From contig OY969927.1 in the NCBI GenBank assembly GCA_963704655.1, forward strand, positions 1,152,001-1,216,000: a stretch of 64,000 nucleotides of DNA, given 5' to 3'. The DNA is from an uncultured Candidatus Babeliaceae bacterium. GTDB taxonomy: Bacteria > Babelota > Babeliae > Babelales > Babelaceae. The position numbers and the translations under genes were made by a program. Under the pieces are notes generated by a model. That model ran no database searches. It was not told where the DNA came from and was given only the letters and a program-made list of their open reading frames with translations. Positions 19,886 to 30,563 of this stretch are shown here, piece after piece; the stretch's first letter is position 1; the number at the start of each line of letters is the position of its first letter.

Positions 19886-20252
19886 AATGATCTCAAAAAA
19901 TCAAAAAAATTTAATTCAGCAAAGAGATATTTTGTTTGTAGATCTTGATCCTGTTGTGGGCCATGAACAAGCAAAAAAGAGGCCCTGCCTTGTTTTATCC
20001 CCAAATAAATTCAATGCAACAAAATCAGATTTAGTTGTTATTTTGCCTATAACTTCAACTTTTAGGGATATCATGACTTTTGTCACAATAGAACCTACAA
20101 AAAGTGGACTTTCAAAAACTTCTTATGTGATTACTGACCAAATTCGTTCTGTTTCGAAACAAAGAATATGTGGTACTGTCATAGGCCAGCTTGATCAATT
20201 CACTTTTCAAAAAATTCAACATATTGTAAAAATGCTTCTAGATCTTGATTAA
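19878..20252 (+). CDS. MazF/PemK family toxin
   Basis: VDLDPVVGHEQAKKRPCLVLS, LPITS, DQIRSVSKQR. Confidence 0.92.
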   Translation: MNKMISKNQKNLIQQRDILFVDLDPVVGHEQAKKRPCLVLSPNKFNATKSDLVVILPITSTFRDIMTFVTIEPTKSGLSKTSYVITDQIRSVSKQRICGTVIGQLDQFTFQKIQHIVKMLLDLD

Positions 20253-20271
20253 TTTTAATGGGAATTTATCT

Positions 20272-20541
20272 TTACCAGCCCCAGTAAACGACAGGGCCTG
20301 CGTATGCTGCGTATCCATATGGTGCGGGAAATCCGCCATAATTAACCGGTGTACCGTAGTAGGGGTTTGATCCTTGTGGGCCATCTGCCCAATATACGCC
20401 ACCAAGAGGTAAGCCAATACTCAAGCCAATTGCGGCATAACCGCCCCCATATCCGCCACCACCATTACGGTTATAACGGCGAGCTTCAAGGGTTAAGCAG
20501 CTTGCAATAACGCAAGCTGCTAAAAGAAATAACCTTTTCAT
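20272..20541 (-). CDS. Small secreted Gly/Tyr/Pro-rich protein
   Basis: MKR signal peptide; low complexity. Confidence 0.7.
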   Translation of the reverse strand: MKRLFLLAACVIASCLTLEARRYNRNGGGGYGGGYAAIGLSIGLPLGGVYWADGPQGSNPYYGTPVNYGGFPAPYGYAAYAGPVVYWGW

Positions 20542-20552
20542 AATGATACTCA

Positions 20553-20744
20553 TTAATCGTAATTGAATGGATCAGCGAATTCTGAATTATCATCACGGCA
20601 TTTTGGACAGTCACATTCATTTTCCCATTCTGGGTCGAACGTTTCGAGCATTCTGTGATGTCTTTTGCAGGTATTAAAGCTATCGTCTGCTACCAGTTGC
20701 GTGCTTAAAAGCACGCAACTGAGTAATAATACTATTCTTTTCAT
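20553..20744 (-). CDS. Small secreted Cys/His-containing protein
   Basis: MKRIVLLLSC signal peptide; CKRHH, ECDCPKC. Confidence 0.6.
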   Translation of the reverse strand: MKRIVLLLSCVLLSTQLVADDSFNTCKRHHRMLETFDPEWENECDCPKCRDDNSEFADPFNYD

Positions 20745-20748
20745 GGTA

Positions 20749-21462
20749 CTACTCAACATCTTCAGCTTCTTCAGATTCTTCTTTCTGAACAAAAGCTTTA
20801 GCCTGTTTAATCTGAGCAGCACGTATTGCAGCTTTAACTTTAGGATCATTCATTCTCTCTGGAGATATGAATACTGCGTCTTGCGGAACTTGTGGTGCAT
20901 TTTCTGTACCAGCACCTTGTCCCTCTTCAACTGGGACATTATTGTAATTATTAATTACGGTAGTATCGCCGCCATCGCCTTGGTTTGAAATGCCATAAGC
21001 AAGCGCAATAGTAAGAGGTAAATACAGACCAAAGCCCCAAAGACCCCAGCCCCATCCGCCCCAACCAGCACCCCAATAGCCAAAACCACCACGGTTCCAA
21101 CCATGGCCGTAATAACCATGATGACCAAATCCGCGACCAGCAGCGCCTCTATGAGCACCGGCTGCACCCTTATGTGCACCAGCGGCACCGTGACCAGCAC
21201 GAGCTGCAGAAGCTCTGCCTGCTCCAGATCTAGAAGCTGCATGTGAGGCTGCTGGACGTGAAGCTGCTCGAGCGCCGCCGCCAGAAAAGCCTCTTCCGCC
21301 GCCGCTAAAACCGCGTCCGCCACCGCCACCAAATCCACGGCCTCCGCCGCCACCCATGTGACCGCCTCCGCCGCCTCCGCCACCGCGACTATACAGATAC
21401 GTAAGATCAGCAGATACTATAAGCAGTGCGCTTATGAGTAAAAATAAACTTTGTTTTTTCAT
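20749..21462 (-). CDS. Secreted/membrane Gly-Arg-Ala-rich low-complexity protein
   Basis: Signal peptide; GGGGRGF repeats; GW-rich segment and a TM segment. Confidence 0.75.
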   Translation of the reverse strand: MKKQSLFLLISALLIVSADLTYLYSRGGGGGGGGHMGGGGGRGFGGGGGRGFSGGGRGFSGGGARAASRPAASHAASRSGAGRASAARAGHGAAGAHKGAAGAHRGAAGRGFGHHGYYGHGWNRGGFGYWGAGWGGWGWGLWGFGLYLPLTIALAYGISNQGDGGDTTVINNYNNVPVEEGQGAGTENAPQVPQDAVFISPERMNDPKVKAAIRAAQIKQAKAFVQKEESEEAEDVE

Positions 21463-21675
21463 GACTACTCCTTTTTTATTATTCATTATTTAGTTCTATA
21501 CTTAGATTTTATCTTTTTTGGTATGCAAAATGCAATAGTTTTGGTATTTTTTATTAAAAAGCTCATCTAGATCGTGATATTTTAGGTTGGTAACTTCTTG
21601 CCTTTTTTGTGTGCAAAAATTAGACTAAATTATGCAAAAAAACCTTTTAATCTCTATAACCTTAAGGAGTTTTTT

Positions 21676-22227
21676 ATGAACTATAAAATGCTTTTTATCG
21701 TAGCGGCTTTTAGTAGTGCCTACATTAATGCGCGTCATTATGAAAGTAATATGTGGCAATGGGGACAGGAGTTGCCCGCTTTTTCTTTAGAAAAAAGTGA
21801 TACCGTGGTTTTGGTAACGGTCGATACGGGAAAAAAAGTAACGGCAGATGATATTGTCATTACCCACAAAGATAATCGTGTTTCAGTTGATGTTAAAGGG
21901 CTTGATCATACGCTTAACTTAAAGCTTGAATCTTCTAAACATACATTCGGCATCTCAATGTGCAGTCAAACAAATCAAGAAAAGAAAGATGATCAAGAGT
22001 TTAGATCATATCAAGGTTCTTCTTGCATGCAACAGGTAATGTCGGTGTCAGTAGATCTTGCTGAGATTACTGCAGAATATAGCGGTACTAAATTGATCCT
22101 TTCTGTGCCGTTAGTAAAAGAGGCGCAGGGTAAAAAGATACAGGTTGTTATGAAAGATAGTGCAAGTGCAGTAGAAAAAGCACCAGAAAAAAAGATGAAA
22201 AACCACAAGCATATAGATGAAAAATAG
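21676..22227 (+). CDS. Secreted protein with Hsp20/alpha-crystallin-like features
   Basis: RBS AAGGAG; signal peptide; ITAEYSGTKLILSVP resembles the Hsp20 C-terminal motif. Confidence 0.55.
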   Translation: MNYKMLFIVAAFSSAYINARHYESNMWQWGQELPAFSLEKSDTVVLVTVDTGKKVTADDIVITHKDNRVSVDVKGLDHTLNLKLESSKHTFGISMCSQTNQEKKDDQEFRSYQGSSCMQQVMSVSVDLAEITAEYSGTKLILSVPLVKEAQGKKIQVVMKDSASAVEKAPEKKMKNHKHIDEK

Positions 22228-23353
22228 TTACCGTACGTGGATTGAAATAGATTCCAAGGCATTTAATCATAACATCAGCGAACTTACGAATCTCATCGGT
22301 CCACAAACTGCTTTAGGGGTTGTCGTTAAAGCAGACGCGTATGGTCATGGACTTGAACTTATTGGTAAATTGTGCCAGGAAAACAGCCAGGTTTCCTGGC
22401 TTTTTACTGCCGGACTTACCGAAGGCATCCGCTTGCGAGAAAGTGGCGTAACAAAACCCATCTTGGTTCTTGCGTATATCGATGACGATATACGGTATCT
22501 TATAGATTATGATATAACCTGCACGGTTGCTGATGTACACACTGCGCAAAAACTTTCAGATGTTGCAAAACTTTTAAAAAAAACTATCTCTGTGCACATA
22601 AAAATAGACACTGGTATGTCACGGCTAGGGTTTCAGCCAGGTGGCAACTTGTCGCAAGCAATAGTAGAACTTATGGCTCTTGAAGGGCTTTCTGTCGATG
22701 GGATCTTTAGTCATCTTTCTGATACCAATAACAGTGATTATTCTTTTACAAAAAACCAGTTACAAAAATTTGATCTTGCAACAGAGCTTGTAGAATCTCT
22801 ACTGGGTAAAAAGCTTTTTAAACACGTTCTTGCTTCTGGGGCATTACATCTTTGCCATTATTACCGTTATGATTGCGTAAGAATAGGATCAAATGCTTAT
22901 GGAATTTGGAAGTCAACGTTACAAAAGCAACGTTTAATGGCATTAAATCCTGAAATTACACTTATGCCACTGTTGACTTGGAAGACCCGCATTATTGATA
23001 TTAAAAATATTAATCCAGGGGATGCTGTAGGGTATCACCGCACGTTTATTGCTACAATGCCCATGAAGATAGCAATTTTACCTATTGGCTATTATGATGG
23101 ATATCCTCGAGGCTTATCGCACAAGGGTCGTGTGCTGGTGCGTGGTATTTATGCACCAATTATTGGCATTATATCTATGAACCTTATGATTATTGATGTG
23201 TCAGTTATTGGGTCAGTCAGAATTGACGACGAGGTTGTTCTGTGCGGAGACTTTCCTGGCGTTACCGCTCATGACCTTGCTGTTGTTACAGATTCGCTAC
23301 ATCTTGAATTTTTGGCACGAATTTCGCCACGCATACCGCGTGTATTGGTCTAA
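22217..23353 (+). CDS. alr: Alanine racemase
   Basis: VVKADAYGHG, HIKIDTGMSRLG, PIGYYDG. Confidence 0.97.
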   Translation: MKNSYRTWIEIDSKAFNHNISELTNLIGPQTALGVVVKADAYGHGLELIGKLCQENSQVSWLFTAGLTEGIRLRESGVTKPILVLAYIDDDIRYLIDYDITCTVADVHTAQKLSDVAKLLKKTISVHIKIDTGMSRLGFQPGGNLSQAIVELMALEGLSVDGIFSHLSDTNNSDYSFTKNQLQKFDLATELVESLLGKKLFKHVLASGALHLCHYYRYDCVRIGSNAYGIWKSTLQKQRLMALNPEITLMPLLTWKTRIIDIKNINPGDAVGYHRTFIATMPMKIAILPIGYYDGYPRGLSHKGRVLVRGIYAPIIGIISMNLMIIDVSVIGSVRIDDEVVLCGDFPGVTAHDLAVVTDSLHLEFLARISPRIPRVLV

Positions 23354-23371
23354 AAAAAATTGGGAGACGTT

Positions 23372-24052
23372 ATGGCAAAGCATTCTATTGAATTAAAAAA
23401 TGTTTCTAAAGAGTTTAATCAAGCGGGCAAAATAGTGCAGCTCTTTTCTGAAAGTTCGTATACTTTTGCGCAAGGGCAAACGTATGCGGTTACGGGTGTT
23501 TCTGGCACGGGTAAATCGACCGTATTAAATATTCTAGCCGGCATAGAAAAGCCAACATCTGGTTCCGTTTTGTATGACGGACAAGATAGTCACCGCTTTC
23601 CGCCAGAGAAATTGCGGTTACATTTGCAGCATCATGTGGGGATAGTTTTCCAATATCCATATTTGCTTAATGAACTTAATGTTTTAGAAAATATTGCCAT
23701 AAAAGGGCGCATTGCCGGGCTTGCCGCTCAGGCAGCTGAAGTTCAAGCGCGCGAACTTTTAAAGCAAGTTGGGTTATCTCATAAAGAGTCTGATGCTCCT
23801 GCGGCCCTTTCTGGTGGCGAGCAGCAACGGGTTGCTGTTGCACGTGCGCTTATGATGCGGCCACCATTTATTATTGCCGATGAGCCTACTGCTCATTTGG
23901 ATGAAGATAATAAAAAATTAGTATGTGATCTTTTATTATCATGTGCGCATGTGTTTGGCAGTGCAGTAATAATTAGCTCACATGATCCAGAAATTATTCA
24001 AAAAATGCAGCATAAAATTGTTATTCATCAAGGAAAAATATGTCACGTCTGA
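23372..24052 (+). CDS. ABC transporter ATP-binding protein (LolD/MacB-like)
   Basis: [33 protein letters not shown]. Confidence 0.9.
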   Translation: MAKHSIELKNVSKEFNQAGKIVQLFSESSYTFAQGQTYAVTGVSGTGKSTVLNILAGIEKPTSGSVLYDGQDSHRFPPEKLRLHLQHHVGIVFQYPYLLNELNVLENIAIKGRIAGLAAQAAEVQARELLKQVGLSHKESDAPAALSGGEQQRVAVARALMMRPPFIIADEPTAHLDEDNKKLVCDLLLSCAHVFGSAVIISSHDPEIIQKMQHKIVIHQGKICHV

Positions 24053-25602
24053 CAAAGAAAAATATTATTGCTAAAACGATTCAGATTGGTTTTTTTACAC
24101 TTTTAAGCCGCGTATTTGGCTTTATCCGGCAGATGTTTTTAGCTCGTTATCTAGGCGCAGGGGTAATTTCTGATGCTTTTTTAACGGCTTTTAGAATACC
24201 TAATTCATTACGTAAGGTCTTTGCCGAAGGTGCTTTAAGCGCGGCACTAATTCCATCAATTGTTCATACAGCAAAAAAAGATGGGCAGTCTGCTGCAAGC
24301 AGATTAGTAACGTTGTCGTTTGTTATTATTGAGGCAATATTATTGGTTGTTTGTATCGGTATTTGGTTTTATGCAGATAATGTTGTTACCGTTGCCGCTC
24401 CCGGTTTTTCGCATGAACAGCATGCTGCGGCTGTGCCACTATTAAAGGTTCTTATTGCGTACATTATGTTTATCTCAAGTAGCGCTGTTTTAGCTGGCGG
24501 GTTACAGGCGGTTAACCATTTTTTTGTTCCAGCCTCTGCGCAGATTTTTGTGAATATCATCTTTATCGGCACATTAATGCTCTGCCTGCGCTATGATTTG
24601 CCGGTTATATATTTGGCGTATGGTATTATATTTTCTGGGCTTATTCAAACGCTGCTGCATTTTTGGGCATATTTTTATACCGGACTTCATATATTGATGC
24701 CCACTCAGAGCACGTGGGTTGAATTTGGTAAGGTATTGGGAAAATTTTTCCCCTGTTTAATTACTATGAGTATCATGGAGATTAATCTTTTTATTGATGG
24801 GCAGTTTGCTTCGTATCTGCAGCAGGGTTCTATTACCTTTATTTCATATTCTGCAGACTTTATGCGGATACCGCTGGGTGTCTTTGCCGTAGCCTTTTCT
24901 ACGATATTATTACCACATTTTTCTCGTGTTTTTGCCTATGCGCCAAAGCGATTAAGTTTTTATCTTTTAGAGTCTATAAAAATGATTGTGTGGATCAGCT
25001 TACCCGCAGCATTACTTATGGGCTTTTTTGCCCATGATATTTTTTATACCACGTATTATGGCAAAAATTTTACGCTGTATGATGTTCAGCAAGTGAGCAG
25101 TTTACTTCAGGCTTTTTTGTGCGGCCTTATCTTTTTTTCTGTAAATAAGATCTTAGTTAACATTTATTATGCGTTTCACTCTACGGTTATTCCTACGATA
25201 ATCTCTATAATTTCTACTGTGGTAAATATTGGCTTAAATTACCTTTTAATGCACCAATTTGCTGCATGGGGCCTGGTTATTGCAACTTCGCTGTCTGCAG
25301 GTGTACAGATGATTCTTTTTCTTGCAGTATTGCATTATCACTTTAATTTTAAGTTGTACTTTAAGCCGTTTTTTGGGTTTTTAAAGCGTTATATTGCGCA
25401 GCTTATAGTTATTATGGGGTTATTTTGTGCTTTATATTATGTATTGGTAAAAACTATTGCGTGGTATGCTCCGGAATTTGAGCATATACTTTTGAAAACG
25501 TTTGTACTTTGGCTATGGGTTACACCACTATGCATTTTAGCCGTTATAGTTTTATATTTCACAAGAAAATTCTTTGGAATTAAGCTCCACTTTTTAAAGT
25601 AG
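24040..25602 (+). CDS. murJ: Lipid II flippase MurJ
   Basis: SRVFGFIR, AFRIPNSLRKVFAEGA, many TM helices. Confidence 0.95.
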   Translation: MSRLTKKNIIAKTIQIGFFTLLSRVFGFIRQMFLARYLGAGVISDAFLTAFRIPNSLRKVFAEGALSAALIPSIVHTAKKDGQSAASRLVTLSFVIIEAILLVVCIGIWFYADNVVTVAAPGFSHEQHAAAVPLLKVLIAYIMFISSSAVLAGGLQAVNHFFVPASAQIFVNIIFIGTLMLCLRYDLPVIYLAYGIIFSGLIQTLLHFWAYFYTGLHILMPTQSTWVEFGKVLGKFFPCLITMSIMEINLFIDGQFASYLQQGSITFISYSADFMRIPLGVFAVAFSTILLPHFSRVFAYAPKRLSFYLLESIKMIVWISLPAALLMGFFAHDIFYTTYYGKNFTLYDVQQVSSLLQAFLCGLIFFSVNKILVNIYYAFHSTVIPTIISIISTVVNIGLNYLLMHQFAAWGLVIATSLSAGVQMILFLAVLHYHFNFKLYFKPFFGFLKRYIAQLIVIMGLFCALYYVLVKTIAWYAPEFEHILLKTFVLWLWVTPLCILAVIVLYFTRKFFGIKLHFLK

Positions 25603-25708
25603 TGCGTTTACGCACCAATAGCGCGTTCTATACACCAGTAGTTTACCTTAACGATGCTTTTAAAGTATCATACTAATAGCGAGGTTTAATTTTATAATGG
25701 GGTTATGT

Positions 25709-26143
25709 ATGAAAAAGTTGCTCTATATAGGTATTTTTATTCTGGTGCCATTCTGTTCAGCTAGTGAAGAAGTGAGAAAAACGGGCAGGCCAAAGTTAAC
25801 TTTATTAAAAGTACAGCATGAACGTATATCTTCTGTTCATTCTGTGCATGTTTTGTTTGGTGAAACACGATATATATCAAACCCACAAACACCTGGTGGG
25901 TCTAATTTAGATGAGCTTGTTCCTCAAAAAGCAGAAAAGGGAATGAGTTTGTTGACGTTGGAAAAGGAATGTGCTGGCATGCCGCCTCTTGCGAAATTAC
26001 CCTTTGAATATTCAGTTGATGATTTTGAAACTTTAAGCGGCTCAAAAACGAGTTCAAACGCAAGCTCAAATGAATCTATTTATAAAGATAAAAAGAGGCT
26101 TAGGCGTTTTTTTGAACGTATATTTTGGCTTAAAGATAAATAA
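25709..26143 (+). CDS. Secreted hypothetical protein
   Basis: MKK signal peptide ending CSA|SEE. Confidence 0.7.
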   Translation: MKKLLYIGIFILVPFCSASEEVRKTGRPKLTLLKVQHERISSVHSVHVLFGETRYISNPQTPGGSNLDELVPQKAEKGMSLLTLEKECAGMPPLAKLPFEYSVDDFETLSGSKTSSNASSNESIYKDKKRLRRFFERIFWLKDK

Positions 26144-26177
26144 TATTTAAAAAACATAACGATAATTACAGGAAGAT

Positions 26178-26510
26178 ATGTATAAAAAATATTTAGTTGG
26201 GATTTTTTGTGTTTTTTTGCTTAATGCACCAAAAATTAAAAGGGCAAGTCAGTCTATGAGATTATATGATAAACTTGAAAAGCTTCGTGAAAATGATAAA
26301 GATTTATTTTTAGCCTTGGCAAACCATCTTAAGATAAATGTGCCGTTAGCTTTAAGTGAAACTCAGGAAAATACGTTGGATAGTTTGGGATTGCTCCCGG
26401 GGAAAAGCTTGGCAGAAGACGATCGCTCTTTTATTGCACATTCAATAGTTTATAGTTCTCTAGTGAATGGTTATATTTTAGAGTCTCCTATTACAATTAG
26501 TCAGAAATAG
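26178..26510 (+). CDS. Hypothetical protein
   Basis: ORF with RBS AGGAAG and hydrophobic N-terminus. Confidence 0.65.
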   Translation: MYKKYLVGIFCVFLLNAPKIKRASQSMRLYDKLEKLRENDKDLFLALANHLKINVPLALSETQENTLDSLGLLPGKSLAEDDRSFIAHSIVYSSLVNGYILESPITISQK

Positions 26511-26586
26511 TCCTGTTGCGATAAATCAAAAAAAGATTACTCTAACTAATGATAGTTAACAAAAAAAAATTTAAGGTTATAGAACA

Positions 26587-27036
26587 GTGATTAAAAAAGA
26601 AATTTCAGCAGGGGTTATTGTTTATTTAAATGACCCCAAAACAGATGAACGATTGTATCTTTTACTACATTACGCTGGTGGCCATTGGGATTTACCAAAA
26701 GGCAAGTTAGAAAAGGGTGAAAGCTTTACTCAAGCTGCTTTGCGTGAGCTTAAAGAAGAAACTGGCCTGACAGCAACGATAAAAGATAATTTCCAAGAGT
26801 CACTTGAGTATATGTTTAGCAAAACTGAACGTGGGCAAAAGATAAAGATAGATAAAAAAGTTATCTTCTTTTTAGGTAAAGCGCCAAGCCAAGATGTTAC
26901 GATTTCTCATGAGCATGTTGGTTTTATCTGGCTGCCTTACAAGGATGCTTTTAATCGCCTAACATATCAGAATGCTCAGCATATTTTGCATATTGCGCAT
27001 GAATTTCTTGAAGAAGAAGAACGTTTTTCTGAATAA
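26587..27036 (+). CDS. NUDIX hydrolase, Ap4A hydrolase-like
   Basis: HWDLPKG, Nudix box GES..QAALRELKEETG, SHEH. Confidence 0.92.
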   Translation: MIKKEISAGVIVYLNDPKTDERLYLLLHYAGGHWDLPKGKLEKGESFTQAALRELKEETGLTATIKDNFQESLEYMFSKTERGQKIKIDKKVIFFLGKAPSQDVTISHEHVGFIWLPYKDAFNRLTYQNAQHILHIAHEFLEEEERFSE

Positions 27037-27062
27037 TTAAAAAATATTAGGGATATTTTTTT

Positions 27063-27284
27063 ATGAAAAAGACATTATTTTTTTGTGTGCTCATGGTAAC
27101 AAGTTGCCATCTCCAGTGCGTGAATGAATGTAAGCTTGAAGCTCGCAGAAAAGAACTAGCTGTTCTACAAGTGCTTTCCTACGAGCAACTTGTTGAAGTT
27201 GAAAAACTGAGACCCCAGTCTGCAGGAAAATCAGCACGTTTGCTTAACATTGTTCAACTATTTAAGGTTCAAAAAAGTAAATAA
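27063..27284 (+). CDS. Small secreted hypothetical protein
   Basis: MKK signal peptide. Confidence 0.55.
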   Translation: MKKTLFFCVLMVTSCHLQCVNECKLEARRKELAVLQVLSYEQLVEVEKLRPQSAGKSARLLNIVQLFKVQKSK

Positions 27285-27379
27285 GAAACTAATTCTAAAA
27301 CAAAGATTTTGTACCGGTATCACCCTAGAACAGTGTGTTTCGCAACATTTGTTTCAGGGTTCACCTAATTAATTTATAT

Positions 27380-27853
27380 TTAATTCTGTTCGGGCATTTC
27401 AGTATAGCGTGCACGTGTCTCTTCAGAAAGAACAGTGCTCTTGCAATATTCAGCCTTAATGGCACGTGTTAAGCTTTCTATTATAGCATCGTCTACCTGC
27501 GCGTTTGTGCATTCTGTAGAAACATAATCAAGTATTTCTTCAGGGGAAAATATTCCTAACTCAACGCATTTGCGTGCTTCATTGGCAATGATATTGGCAA
27601 CACTTTGCGTAAAAGCAATGCCACTATTCAAAATTGCTTCCTTTTCTTTATCTTTTGGCGCAAATATATGTAAAAAATTGGCAAGTGCATTAAGAAGATT
27701 TGCTATCATCACTTTATCACGTTGATTAGCTACGTTTTGTTGTTGCTCCAAGCACGTGAGGCATTTTGATTCAATATCTTCTGTGCACGCTGTTTCCATG
27801 CAAAATGTGCTTGTTGCAATTGCAGCGAAAAATAGTACTCGTGTCTGTTTCAT
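27380..27853 (-). CDS. Secreted hypothetical protein
   Basis: Signal peptide ending TFC|MET. Confidence 0.65.
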   Translation of the reverse strand: MKQTRVLFFAAIATSTFCMETACTEDIESKCLTCLEQQQNVANQRDKVMIANLLNALANFLHIFAPKDKEKEAILNSGIAFTQSVANIIANEARKCVELGIFSPEEILDYVSTECTNAQVDDAIIESLTRAIKAEYCKSTVLSEETRARYTEMPEQN

Positions 27854-27925
27854 TAAAAGTATCCCCTTACGAATAATTATAGTATGAAACACAGAGTACT
27901 AAATTGGAGAAACCAATGCTAGATA

Positions 27926-28486
27926 TTAACTAAGTTGTCTTATTGCTGCAGCTTTAACAATACTTTTTAGCGTTATAAGAGTTGGATCATCAGGGAATAT
28001 TTCAAGCTCATGAGTAATAATGTCCCATGGTGGTAACGCATATTCTAACCAAGTAGGTTCTAAAGGTCCCACAATTGTTGGTTCAGAGATTTTACAGTTA
28101 GGTGCATTTAAAAGAACTTCCAAAAGTTTTGTATCACCAAATTCTTTGGCAATCTTATAAGCTTCGTTTAAAACTGAGCTTGTGCGTTGCTCAGAGCTTC
28201 TAACTTCAAATATTTTATAAATGCTATTCATTTTGCACTTTATACCTGCCTGATAGAGCTGTTTTATCTCTTCTTTAAAAAAACCTTTATAACAACAATA
28301 ACATTTGTTTGTTTTGAGCTCGGGCTTAAGCTTTTTAAGCTGTGCTTTGTACAATGTTATCCTTTGTAGGTAGATATTAAAATCATCGTCAAGGGATACA
28401 AATCTTGATTCAAGTCCGTATGCAACGCTTGTGGTTAAGCATGACAAGAAGATAAAATTATTAATAATAAAAGTATAATTACTCAT
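27926..28486 (-). CDS. Secreted hypothetical protein
   Basis: Probable start MSNYTF; signal peptide. Confidence 0.6.
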   Translation of the reverse strand: MSNYTFIINNFIFLSCLTTSVAYGLESRFVSLDDDFNIYLQRITLYKAQLKKLKPELKTNKCYCCYKGFFKEEIKQLYQAGIKCKMNSIYKIFEVRSSEQRTSSVLNEAYKIAKEFGDTKLLEVLLNAPNCKISEPTIVGPLEPTWLEYALPPWDIITHELEIFPDDPTLITLKSIVKAAAIRQLS

Positions 28487-28580
28487 AATGGTGCTTTCAA
28501 AAATTAAGATAATTTTGTTTATGCAAGTATATAATACGGTATTTAGTTCTGTGATACTAGGTCTTGAGGCAAAATTTATA

Positions 28581-28614
28581 AAAAAAGGGCAAGCTCTCAT
28601 ATCAGAGCTTGCCC
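28581..28614 (-). terminator. Intrinsic terminator
   Basis: GGGCAAGCTCT..AGAGCTTGCCC with A tract (T tract on the minus strand). Confidence 0.8.
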
Positions 28615-28638
28615 GGTCAAAGAATTTTGAATGTTTTT

Positions 28639-29514
28639 TTAGCGTATAGTATTAATGCGTGATTCTGTATTGAGCTTTACAGCTTGACTGGTAGCTAGCG
28701 GATGGGCGCTTAAGACTTTATACGCATTATTTATTTGTTCTAAAAGCCCTTTACGCGTAGATAATAATAATGCTCTTTGTGTTGGTTTGCCTACGCCATT
28801 TATTTCATGAAAATTAAATTTTTTCATGTTGTTATAGTTTAAAAAATCTTCTATATGAACCGCTTTTTTTTGATGCGTTTCTGGATCACTATAGGCAATC
28901 TTTTTTTGTGCAAAGTTGCCCTGAGTTTTTTTGATAACGCCCATTAAAATATCAAGTTTGCTTGGCGCATTGAGAGATTGAATAAGAACAAGTCCTGGAA
29001 CAGTAAAGTGAGTTGTTACGGGCCCATTTTGATTTATTTCATAAATAGTATCATGGCCACATAATAACGCAGCATCAATAACTCTTTGTGCTGATACATG
29101 GGTATTTTCTGCATTGTTGTATTGACTCATTAACTGTATAAAATATTTAAATTGCTCGTTTTCACCATTAACTTTATTCATAGATGGATAAGAATTGAAT
29201 AGAACAATATCGAAAGGCTCTGGTGTAGCTGGTTCAAGGGTACGTTTTTGAGCTGGTGAATTGCTTGGTGTATCATCACCGAAATGTAGTTTCGATCTTA
29301 AGTTATAACCACTAAGCCTTCTTGGGTTTACTGGTGTAAGATTTGCAGGTGAGTATGCTAGCCCTGATCTTGTGCGAGATGCTGCCTCAAATTCTGGTGT
29401 AGTTGCATCTTGATACACTTCAATTTTTCTTCTTTTGGGTGCTAAAGCATCCATTGCTAACATGGGCAGGGTTGATGTTGCAGTAAGGAGTAAGAGTAGT
29501 TGTTTGATAGTCAT
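28639..29514 (-). CDS. Secreted hypothetical protein with NLS-like motif; paralog of 30564..31274
   Basis: MLA|MDALAPKRRKIE; shared D.IYEIN, T.PG, IEDFL motifs. Confidence 0.75.
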   Translation of the reverse strand: MTIKQLLLLLTATSTLPMLAMDALAPKRRKIEVYQDATTPEFEAASRTRSGLAYSPANLTPVNPRRLSGYNLRSKLHFGDDTPSNSPAQKRTLEPATPEPFDIVLFNSYPSMNKVNGENEQFKYFIQLMSQYNNAENTHVSAQRVIDAALLCGHDTIYEINQNGPVTTHFTVPGLVLIQSLNAPSKLDILMGVIKKTQGNFAQKKIAYSDPETHQKKAVHIEDFLNYNNMKKFNFHEINGVGKPTQRALLLSTRKGLLEQINNAYKVLSAHPLATSQAVKLNTESRINTIR

Positions 29515-29517
29515 ATT

Positions 29518-30504
29518 TTATTCTTTCCAATTATCGATAGCTTTTTGTATTCTTGCAATGCGAATTTCATGTGAAGGATGTGTTTCAAATAAAGCAAGAA
29601 CGTTCATTGCCATTGGGTATTTTTCCTTAAATTCAGCGTCGAAGTATTTTTTTTCAGGTGTTTCTTCAAAAAACTTTTTAAAATCTTCAAGCTCTTCTTT
29701 TGAAGTCGCACGTTGTATAGCAAAATCATCAGCCTTAATTTCTTGTTCACGACTTAACTTTGCGGTGGCCATTCTTGTTTCAATATTAGTTGCGATAGTT
29801 GCGCCATAAACTGTCAGTACTTTTCCCAAAAGACCTAATTTACTATTACTTTGTGAAAATGTTTTTTTAATATTATAGGCGTTCAAAGCCATGAGTAAGG
29901 CGCCATAGGCGATCGTTCTGTTTATTATAAGATTAAAAGTATTTTCATGGTCATTATGTACAAGATGGGCAATTTCATGGTTTATAACAGGCTTTTTATC
30001 TTTAAGCGTCTTGATAAATTTTTCATCTGACATGTAGCTATAATAGTTCTTTAACTCTTGAGGATCGGAATATCTGTAAATTATTGAGTTTTCATATTTT
30101 TCTACGTTCAGAGGTAATAAGTTCTTAGGTGTCTTTGCTAAATTATGTCCCATCATAATATAATTAGCATCTTTGCCTAAAAGGGCACTCGCATTATCTT
30201 TGAAATTTTCAGCAATTCCCAACATGGTGAATATCCCGATTTTCAATGGTTTGTCTAGTTGATAGGCGGTTGTAAAATGTTGTTTAAAAAGTTTTTGTTT
30301 TGAATCGTCAAAAAAAGTTTGAGACTCGGATATTTCTGTGGACTTTTCCCTTGAATTGGAGTTGTTTTTTAAAGCAGCAAATGTTCCATACGTTGTGCTG
30401 GCTGCTGTGGTTAAAACAAGCCCTTGGCACGCCCTATATGACCAAGTAGCTTCTAGGTGCACAAAGCCTGACCATAAGATGGTTAAAAGAATTAATTTTT
30501 TCAT
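29518..30504 (-). CDS. M48 family zinc metallopeptidase
   Basis: HEIAH, SREQEIKADDFA, THPSHEIRI. Confidence 0.85.
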   Translation of the reverse strand: MKKLILLTILWSGFVHLEATWSYRACQGLVLTTAASTTYGTFAALKNNSNSREKSTEISESQTFFDDSKQKLFKQHFTTAYQLDKPLKIGIFTMLGIAENFKDNASALLGKDANYIMMGHNLAKTPKNLLPLNVEKYENSIIYRYSDPQELKNYYSYMSDEKFIKTLKDKKPVINHEIAHLVHNDHENTFNLIINRTIAYGALLMALNAYNIKKTFSQSNSKLGLLGKVLTVYGATIATNIETRMATAKLSREQEIKADDFAIQRATSKEELEDFKKFFEETPEKKYFDAEFKEKYPMAMNVLALFETHPSHEIRIARIQKAIDNWKE

Positions 30505-30563
30505 GAAATATTTCTGCTTAAATTATATTATTTATATTTATATTTATATAAGAGAAAAAAATC

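Noticed and set aside
21270-21390. GC-rich (CCG)n-like tract as foreign DNA or a contingency repeat
   Set aside because: Explained by Gly codons of the Gly-rich protein.
25604-25640. Imperfect tandem GCGTT..CACCA.TAG after murJ
   Set aside because: Only two degenerate copies; no support for a function.
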